Source: Myxococcales bacterium (lineage in GTDB: Bacteria; Myxococcota_A; UBA9042). Taken from it: a stretch of 45,538 nt of DNA. The stretch lies in NCBI GenBank assembly GCA_037441385.1, contig JBBISH010000040.1:1-45538 (forward strand). The letters are read 5' to 3'. The notes under the pieces were generated by a model that saw only the letters and a program-made list of their open reading frames with translations, made no database searches and was not told the origin of the DNA. Position 1 is the stretch's first letter, and each line of letters opens with the position of its first letter. A program made the position numbers and the translations under genes. Positions 39,053 to 45,538 of this stretch are shown in pieces.

Positions 39053-41385
39053 AATTTCGCATTCGTTCCCTTGCGCTTGCCTGTGTCCTGCTCGCGGCCG
39101 CCCCGCTGGTGGCGCTGGCCAAGCCGGCGCGGGCGCCCTCGCGGCACGACGGCGCGCCCAGTTTGGACGCCCGCGACGAGACCGTGCTTATCGGCGCCGC
39201 TGCCCCGGCCGGCGAGCCCAAAACGCTGGACCAACAGGGCACTTGGCAGCTGCAGTCCCGGCAGGTCGAGCGGACGGCCGGTAGCGAGTCGACCGCTTGG
39301 TGGCTGGCAGGTGCGCAAGAAGCCCGGATGCAGGATGGTTTTGTGCGCGCGCGGCTGCCGGTGGCGGGCGGGGCCACGGCGCTCATGCTGCGGGCCCACG
39401 CCGAGCGCAAGCAAGACGGCAAGAACCAGTTGGCCGCGATCGCGGGCTATGGCGTCACGTTCGAGAAGGGCCGAGTCGACGTCCGCCGTTACGACGGTCC
39501 CGCCGCCAAGTCCCTGCTGGCTGGCGTGGCCGTGGGCGAGACCAGCGAAGAGGTGGAGATCACCGCCTGGATGGTGGGGCCGCACCTGCACGTCGAGGTC
39601 ATGAACGGCAAGACTTTTGACGTGTTGGCCACGCTCAGCGTGTCGGATGCGACCTATCCCGAGGGCAGCTGCGGCTTGCGGTTGGGCGGCAAGCACGCGG
39701 GCAAGCTGACCTGGCTGTCGGTGCGGCCCGCCGGTCGGACCTTGCCGCCGCGGCCTGGGGCGATGGGACCGCTGCGCTACCTGCAAGTGGCGTTGAATCA
39801 AGCGGATCGCTGCGGGCCCCTGCCGGCGTGCAAGGTGGTGGACAAGAACGGCGATGCCGCGATCCTGCAGGTCGACGCCGCCGGCTTCGAAGCGCTGAAG
39901 CGGCAACTGCCCAGCTATACGGAGCTTTTTCTGGATGAGCCGCGCGGGCTGGTCGATCCGACCTTTCGCTCGGCCTCGCGTCAGCCACCGGTCGCGACCG
40001 ACACGGGTTTTGCGCTGGATCGCAGCTACAAAGACGCGCCGATGGTCGAGGCACTGCTGCGCGGCTACGCCCAGCGCTACCCCAAGCTGACGCAACTGGT
40101 GCAAGTGGGCCAGACGACGCAGGGCCGGCCGCAGTGGGCGCTGCGCATCCATGCGGGCACGCAACCCGCCGACAGTGTTCCGCAAGTGCTCATCAACGGC
40201 GCCCATCACGGCGTAGAACTTGCGGCGCTGGAGGCGGCTTTGGACGCGTGCGGGCAACTAGTCGAAGGCTATGGCCGCGACCCGCAGGTGACGACCTGGG
40301 CGGAGCAGACCACCATCTGGTGCGTGCCGCTGGTCAATCCGGATGGCAACTACTCGTATCTTCACGTGTCGCGTCACGGTGGCCGCAAAAATGGCCGCGA
40401 CACCGACGGCAACGGCCGCGTCGATCCCAGCGACGGCGTCGACCTGAACCGCAACTACCCGTTTCGTTGGCACACGCTGGGTGAGGTGGCCAGCAACGGC
40501 GATCCCCGGCGAGCCTGGTATCGCGGGCCGCGCGCGGCGAGCGAGCCGGAAGTCCAGGGCATGATGCAACTGAACGACGCCGAGCATTTCGTCGCGTCGG
40601 TGTCGTATCACACCCAGGCCAACGCGATTCTGGTGCCCTACACGATTCCCGAGGCCAACGATCCCGAGCCCAACGAAGCCTGGGACGTGGCCAAAGTGAT
40701 GGCCGAGCGCGCCGGCCGGCAGATCAGCGGCAAGCCGCTGCAGGTGCGACGACGCCTCTACGCGGTCGACGGCGTAGACCAGGACTGGCACCGCGCGGCC
40801 CACGGCACCACCGCGTTCCTGGTCGAGATGACCAAAACGAATCCAGGCTTGGACGCTCTACACAAGATGGTGTCGGCCACCCGCGGCACCTGGCAGGCGC
40901 TGCTGGACCGGGTGGTGAGCGGGCCGGGTGTGCGCGGGCGTCTGGTCGATGCGCAGGGCCAGCCGGTGGTGGCCGAAGTGCGTGTCAGGCAAGTGAAGTT
41001 GCGCGATGGCGAGCGCTGGACCTCGCGCTGCCGCGATGGCCGCTTTGACCGGCTGTTGCCAGGGCCGGGCCAATACACGCTCGAAGTGGTCGATCCGCAA
41101 GGCAAGATCGTCGCCAGCCGCGCCATCGACGTGGGGCAAGCGGGCACGCCGGCGGCGATCGTGCAGCTGGATTGGACGGTGAGCACCGCCTCGGCAAAAA
41201 CCTCGTGCAGCCGTCCCGACTTGTGCGCTGTCGACAGCTGGTGCGAGGGTCAAGCCGGCCGCTGCGTCGCGGTGGGGCCCGGCCGCTGGTGCCGCATCGA
41301 CGGCCAGTGCGTGGAGCGCGGCCAAAAAAGCCCAGGCGGCGTGTGCCGGCCCGACCAAGATCCCTGGGGCTGGTCGCAGGGCTGA
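39049..41385 (+). CDS. Exported M14-family zinc carboxypeptidase with accessory domains
   Basis: GTG 39049 plus signal peptide; HHGVE (HxxE), NPDG, RKN, GVDLNRNY, SEPE, SYH, distal FLVE; C-terminal beta-sandwich and Cys-rich tail. Confidence 0.9.
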   Translation: MKFRIRSLALACVLLAAAPLVALAKPARAPSRHDGAPSLDARDETVLIGAAAPAGEPKTLDQQGTWQLQSRQVERTAGSESTAWWLAGAQEARMQDGFVRARLPVAGGATALMLRAHAERKQDGKNQLAAIAGYGVTFEKGRVDVRRYDGPAAKSLLAGVAVGETSEEVEITAWMVGPHLHVEVMNGKTFDVLATLSVSDATYPEGSCGLRLGGKHAGKLTWLSVRPAGRTLPPRPGAMGPLRYLQVALNQADRCGPLPACKVVDKNGDAAILQVDAAGFEALKRQLPSYTELFLDEPRGLVDPTFRSASRQPPVATDTGFALDRSYKDAPMVEALLRGYAQRYPKLTQLVQVGQTTQGRPQWALRIHAGTQPADSVPQVLINGAHHGVELAALEAALDACGQLVEGYGRDPQVTTWAEQTTIWCVPLVNPDGNYSYLHVSRHGGRKNGRDTDGNGRVDPSDGVDLNRNYPFRWHTLGEVASNGDPRRAWYRGPRAASEPEVQGMMQLNDAEHFVASVSYHTQANAILVPYTIPEANDPEPNEAWDVAKVMAERAGRQISGKPLQVRRRLYAVDGVDQDWHRAAHGTTAFLVEMTKTNPGLDALHKMVSATRGTWQALLDRVVSGPGVRGRLVDAQGQPVVAEVRVRQVKLRDGERWTSRCRDGRFDRLLPGPGQYTLEVVDPQGKIVASRAIDVGQAGTPAAIVQLDWTVSTASAKTSCSRPDLCAVDSWCEGQAGRCVAVGPGRWCRIDGQCVERGQKSPGGVCRPDQDPWGWSQG

Positions 41386-41396
41386 CGACCGACCGC

Positions 41397-41849
41397 CTAC
41401 GGGTGCCCTGGCGTGCCCACGACCATCGTGCAGCGCCCGCGCATCGGCAGATCGCTCTGTTCCGTCGTCATCCCCAGCTCTTGCGCCAGCTCGGTCAAGT
41501 GCCGCAGCCACGGCTTGTAGGGCATGCCGTTGTCCGAACAACAGGGCACGATGGCAAACGGAATCCCGTGTTGTGCCGCGTACTCCACGATGATGCGGGT
41601 CGCGCCGTCGGCGTGCAGCCCCACGATGAGATCGCACTGGCAGGGCTCGCCCAGCTCCAGGAGCTGCTCGCGATAATCCAGCTTGGGCAAGTGCTTCCAG
41701 CGCACGTCAAAGGTCGTGCACCGCCGACCGCGCGCCACCAGGGCTTGGTTCAGCTTGCCCATACCGCCCGCCACGTCCCAAATGCGCGGCGCGGCAAAAC
41801 GCTGGGTCAAGTAGTCGGCAAAAAGGTCAAAGCGCGCGTGATCGGCCAC
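41397..41849 (-). CDS. Small class I SAM-methyltransferase-like protein
   Basis: Motif I-like IWDVAGGMGKL; DLIVGLH.D.AT and PFAIVPCC. Confidence 0.7.
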   Translation of the reverse strand: MADHARFDLFADYLTQRFAAPRIWDVAGGMGKLNQALVARGRRCTTFDVRWKHLPKLDYREQLLELGEPCQCDLIVGLHADGATRIIVEYAAQHGIPFAIVPCCSDNGMPYKPWLRHLTELAQELGMTTEQSDLPMRGRCTMVVGTPGHP

Positions 41850-41856
41850 GGGCTGC

Positions 41857-42198
41857 CTAGTCGTCGTCGTCGCCGCCGGGAATCGTCCAGCGTGCGGTGG
41901 GGATGGCTTTGAGGCGAGCCACTGGGATGCGCTTGCCGGTGCGCTCGCAAATGCCGTAGGTGCCGGCGTCCATGCGCGCCAACGCCGCCTCGATTTCGGT
42001 CAGCTCTTTGCGGCCGCTGTCGTCCAGGGCCTGCATCACCTCTTCGCCGTCGACTTCGTTGGCGTGGTCCTCAAAGTCTTGGGCGCGTGGGCCGTCGCTG
42101 CGGCGCAGGGCGACCTCGAGCTCGGCGATGCGGTGTTGGAGAAGAGCCAGACGTGACTCCAGAGCAGTGCGGATTTCAAGGTATTCGGTTTGGGGCAT
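41857..42198 (-). CDS. DksA/TraR-family transcription factor
   Basis: Coiled coil with DFEDHA (DxxDxA) tip and I..AL.R...G.YG.C..TG..I...RL.A.P; start MPQTE (42198) after AAGGA. Confidence 0.88.
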   Translation of the reverse strand: MPQTEYLEIRTALESRLALLQHRIAELEVALRRSDGPRAQDFEDHANEVDGEEVMQALDDSGRKELTEIEAALARMDAGTYGICERTGKRIPVARLKAIPTARWTIPGGDDDD

Positions 42199-42323
42199 GG
42201 CGCGTTCCTTGTCGCGGCCGGGCGCAGCCGCGCGCAGGAGCGGGCGCCAACTGACCTGCTGCGAATCTAGCACGGCGGCCACGGGGTTGGACGGCGACGC
42301 CTGCCCAGCAGGTCATAGAGTGG

Positions 42324-43802
42324 TCACGCGCAGCGCTGCAAAGCGCGAGCCCAATTGGCTTTGAGGCTGGCGGTGCCCTCGGCTGGACCGGGATCGAAAA
42401 CCGCTTGCATTTTCCAGGCCTCGCGCGCCGCGTCTAAGTTGGCGAACCAGCCGACACCCACGCCAGCCAGGATGGCGGCACCCAGCGCGGTCGTCTCGAT
42501 CACCTCGGGTCGCACCACCCGGCACTGCAGCAGATCGGCTTGGATCTGCATCAGCAGGTCGTTCTGGCTGGCGCCGCCGTCGACGCGCAGTTCGCTGAGG
42601 CGTTGGCCCAGGTCCTTCTCCATGGCGTCCAACAAGTCCGCGCACGACAAAGCGATCCCCTCTAGCGTCGCCCGCGCCAGGTGCGCCTTGGTCGCGCCGC
42701 GGGTCAGGCCGGCAATCATGCCGCGGGCCTGCGGATTCCAATGCGGCGCCCCCAGACCGACCAGCGCAGGCACAAACGTCACGCCCAGGGAATCGGGCAC
42801 CGAGCGAGCCAACCCTTCGATTTCGCTGGCAGAGCCGATGATTTGCAGTCCGTCGCGCAGCCACTGCACGGCCGCGCCAGCGATGAACACCGCGCCTTCC
42901 AACGCATAGTCGAACTGGTCGCCCACCTGCCACGCCACCGTGGTCAGCAGGCCATGGCGCGAGGCCACCCGCTGGCCGCCCGTGTGCATGAGCAAGAAAG
43001 CCCCCGTTCCGTAGGTGCATTTGGCCATGCCGGGCTGGGTGCACAGCTGGCCGCACAGGGCCGCCTGTTGGTCGCCAGCCATACCGGCCACGGGGATCCC
43101 ATCCGGCAGACCCGGCACGCCGCGCGTTTGGCCATAGACTTCGGCCGACGACTTGACCTGCGGCAGCACGGCCTTGGGCACGCGCAACAGGCTGCACAGC
43201 TCGTCGCTCCATTGGCGCGCGCCGATGTCGTACAGCTGGGTGCGCGACGCGTTGGACGGGTCGGTCACATGGGCCGCGCCGCCGGTCAGCCGCCATACCA
43301 GCAGGGTATCCACGGTGCCAAAGGCCAGCTCGCCGCGCTCGGCCTGCTCGCGGGCGCCGGGCACGTGGTCCAGCAGCCAAGCCACCTTGGTGCCCGAGAA
43401 GTACGCATCGATCGGCAAGCCGGTCAGGGTGCGCACGCGGTCTTCGTGACCAGCGACCTTCAGCGCGTCGCACACGGGCGCGGTGCGGCGGCACTGCCAG
43501 ACGATGGCGTCGTGGATCGCCTTGCCGGTGGCGCGGTTCCACACCGTGGTCGTCTCGCGCTGGTTGGTGATGCCAATCGCCGCGATGTCGTCTGCCTTCA
43601 CACCGGTCGCCTGCAGCACCCCGGCGATTGCGTCCAGGCACGACGACCAAATCGCCTCAGGATCGTGCGACACCCAGCCAGGCTGCGGATAAATCTGCGG
43701 AAATTCGCGATTGACCTTGCCCACGACCCGCAACTCGCGGTCGATGAGCAGGGCCGTGGAGCCAGTGGTGCCTTGGTCGATGGCCAAAACGTAGTGCTTC
43801 AT
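42324..43802 (-). CDS. glpK: Glycerol kinase
   Basis: IDQGTT, GITNQRET, AIVWQCRR, YFSGTK, TD.SNASRT, GDQQAAL, K.TYGTG.F, LRVDGG, ETTALGAA. Confidence 0.98.
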   Translation of the reverse strand: MKHYVLAIDQGTTGSTALLIDRELRVVGKVNREFPQIYPQPGWVSHDPEAIWSSCLDAIAGVLQATGVKADDIAAIGITNQRETTTVWNRATGKAIHDAIVWQCRRTAPVCDALKVAGHEDRVRTLTGLPIDAYFSGTKVAWLLDHVPGAREQAERGELAFGTVDTLLVWRLTGGAAHVTDPSNASRTQLYDIGARQWSDELCSLLRVPKAVLPQVKSSAEVYGQTRGVPGLPDGIPVAGMAGDQQAALCGQLCTQPGMAKCTYGTGAFLLMHTGGQRVASRHGLLTTVAWQVGDQFDYALEGAVFIAGAAVQWLRDGLQIIGSASEIEGLARSVPDSLGVTFVPALVGLGAPHWNPQARGMIAGLTRGATKAHLARATLEGIALSCADLLDAMEKDLGQRLSELRVDGGASQNDLLMQIQADLLQCRVVRPEVIETTALGAAILAGVGVGWFANLDAAREAWKMQAVFDPGPAEGTASLKANWARALQRCA

Positions 43803-43824
43803 GGATTGTACCTTGTGATATTGG

Positions 43825-45538
43825 TCACTTTCGCTTGACCTTGGCCTCGGCCGGGCGGCGGCGGGCAGCCAAGGCGGCGGCGAGCGCAGCCACGGCAGCC
43901 AGCACGGCGGCGGCGTCGGCCACGGGCACCGCGGCGCAACCGCTGGCGGGGGCAGCGTTATTTACCTGCATCGGCAGGGTATCCGACGTGCCGTCCAGGC
44001 CGGTCAGGCCCGCGCCGTCGTCGCCGCCCATGCCCGGTTCGCGCTTGTCCGAGTCCTGGCCATCGGGCTGCCGCGGCCCGCTGGCGTCGCTGTCTGTGCC
44101 GCTGCTGGCGTCTTCGTCGGGCTGGGGCAGCGGTTGGCAACTGGGCGGAATGGCGCTGCCGTCGCAGGTGTAGCCAGGCGGGCAGTCTTCTACGCTCGCC
44201 GCGCCTTGTGCGCTGCAGTGGACGATGGCGCCATCGCTGTTGCACAAGTCATGTTCGGGCGGCAGGTTGGGCGGGTTGGGGACGCATAGGCTGGGGGCAC
44301 ACATGGCGCCGCCGGTTCCGCCCGTTCCGGGCACTTCTACGCAGACCTCTTCGCCCTTCTTGCAGGTGGCTTTGACCAGCTGGCCGTCGTTGCACACCCC
44401 GATGGCCATCGCGCCGCCGTCGGCCATACACACCGTGGCCGAGCCAGTGGTCGGGCAGACCTTGTCGACGCAATGCGGGCCTTGCGCGCCCAGAACGCAC
44501 ATTCCACCCGGTTTGACAGCGCAGTCCATGGTGCCGCAGTCGGCGCCCACGATTTTCGACCCATCGCAAGTGGGCACGCAGCCTTTGGGTTTGCAGATGG
44601 CCGCGCCACCAGCGGCGGGCATTTGGCAGGTGCTGTCGGGCGGGCAGGGGTTGGCGGCGATGTCGCCGTTGGCCGCGCAGGTGTAGCGCTTGCCGTCGGG
44701 CAGGCACACGTCGCCGGGCACGGGCTTGCTCGCCGAGTCTTTGGCGCAAAACGCCGAGACGCACTTGGCCTGTGGAGCGGCGGCGGTCGAGCAGAAGGCG
44801 CCGTAGGCGCTGCAGTCGCCCTTGCTCAGCTTGCCGTCCTTGCAGGTGCCCAAGATGGCGTTGTTGTTGCCCGGCAAGCACACGCTGGAAGTGCCCGTGG
44901 CGGGGCAGTATTTCGACACGCAGCGCAGGCCCAAGCTGTCGTTGACGCAGGTCGACTCGCTGGACGCGCAGTCCGACTTGCTGCAGTCCGCCTTGGTCAT
45001 GACGGTGCCGCTGCACGCTGGGGTACAGGCGGGCGGGGCCGTGTCGCCGGTGAAGGTGTCCAGGGCGGCGGCCGTGCCGTTCCAGATGTCCAAGTCGACG
45101 TTGCCCGAGATGCCCGACACGCTGCCCGTGCTGGAGTACTGCCAGAAGTACCACTTCTTCCACGGGCTGGCGATGTTGGGGCAGCAGTTGCTGCAGTACT
45201 GGGCGTGCCACAGCGGGTAGCTGACGTAGGCGGAGGAATTGACGTTGCCTTCCCAAAAGTACGCGCCCGTGTAGATGATCGGGTTGCGGCCGGTGGCGGC
45301 TTTGACGTGGTCGATCCACTTGCCCACGGCGGCGGCCAGCGCGGCTTGGCTCACTTTGGGGCTGCCCACGGACTCGACGTCGATGACCGGTGCCAAGTCG
45401 CCGGCTTTGAGCTTGCCCATCTTGGACAGCATCAGGTCGGCCTGCTTGATGGGGTCGATATCCGGCTCAAAGAACTGGTACACGCCGCAATGCAGACCCT
45501 GGGCGTGGCACTGCGACCAATTGAAATCGAATTTCTTA
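43825..45538 (-). CDS. GH25 muramidase (lysozyme) domain + Cys-rich stalk + MYXO-CTERM-like anchor; N-terminus runs off window
   Basis: Y.FF.P, P..DVE, IIYT...W, PLW.A.Y, W.FWQY.S.G.V.GI.G.VDLD; tail ASGCAAVP-hydrophobic helix-RRR. Confidence 0.9.
   Translation of the reverse strand, partial: KKFDFNWSQCHAQGLHCGVYQFFEPDIDPIKQADLMLSKMGKLKAGDLAPVIDVESVGSPKVSQAALAAAVGKWIDHVKAATGRNPIIYTGAYFWEGNVNSSAYVSYPLWHAQYCSNCCPNIASPWKKWYFWQYSSTGSVSGISGNVDLDIWNGTAAALDTFTGDTAPPACTPACSGTVMTKADCSKSDCASSESTCVNDSLGLRCVSKYCPATGTSSVCLPGNNNAILGTCKDGKLSKGDCSAYGAFCSTAAAPQAKCVSAFCAKDSASKPVPGDVCLPDGKRYTCAANGDIAANPCPPDSTCQMPAAGGAAICKPKGCVPTCDGSKIVGADCGTMDCAVKPGGMCVLGAQGPHCVDKVCPTTGSATVCMADGGAMAIGVCNDGQLVKATCKKGEEVCVEVPGTGGTGGAMCAPSLCVPNPPNLPPEHDLCNSDGAIVHCSAQGAASVEDCPPGYTCDGSAIPPSCQPLPQPDEDASSGTDSDASGPRQPDGQDSDKREPGMGGDDGAGLTGLDGTSDTLPMQVNNAAPASGCAAVPVADAAAVLAAVAALAAALAARRRPAEAKVKRK

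Overview
GC-rich chromosomal segment. Gene content (MYXO-CTERM-like tail, GltA/B-like outer-membrane barrels, eukaryote-like Ser/Thr kinase, Cys-rich repeat surface proteins, sucC-sucD-ndk order) points to a Myxococcota/deltaproteobacterial organism (inference). About 35 CDS are supportable. Housekeeping genes: galU, mgtE, sucCD, ndk, thiolase, cysD/cysN, glpK, FNR. Exported and surface proteins: three Cys-rich repeat proteins (one with a GH25 muramidase domain), a pilin-like protein, beta-barrels and an M14 peptidase. Also present: a coupled class III aminotransferase + LuxE pair, a radical SAM protein with an apparent second degenerate barrel, and a decayed MMPL pseudogene. The most distinctive non-genic signals are two small elements: (i) a ~160-bp repeat in three diverged copies (11306-11467, ~14327-14431 inverted and internally deleted, 17171-17333), two of them open and in frame with downstream exported-protein genes; (ii) a separate 199-bp CTAG-flanked, TIR-bounded fold-back MITE between sucD and ndk. 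No rRNA, tRNA, CRISPR array or intact transposase was seen. All family calls are by eye from motifs; no database search was run.
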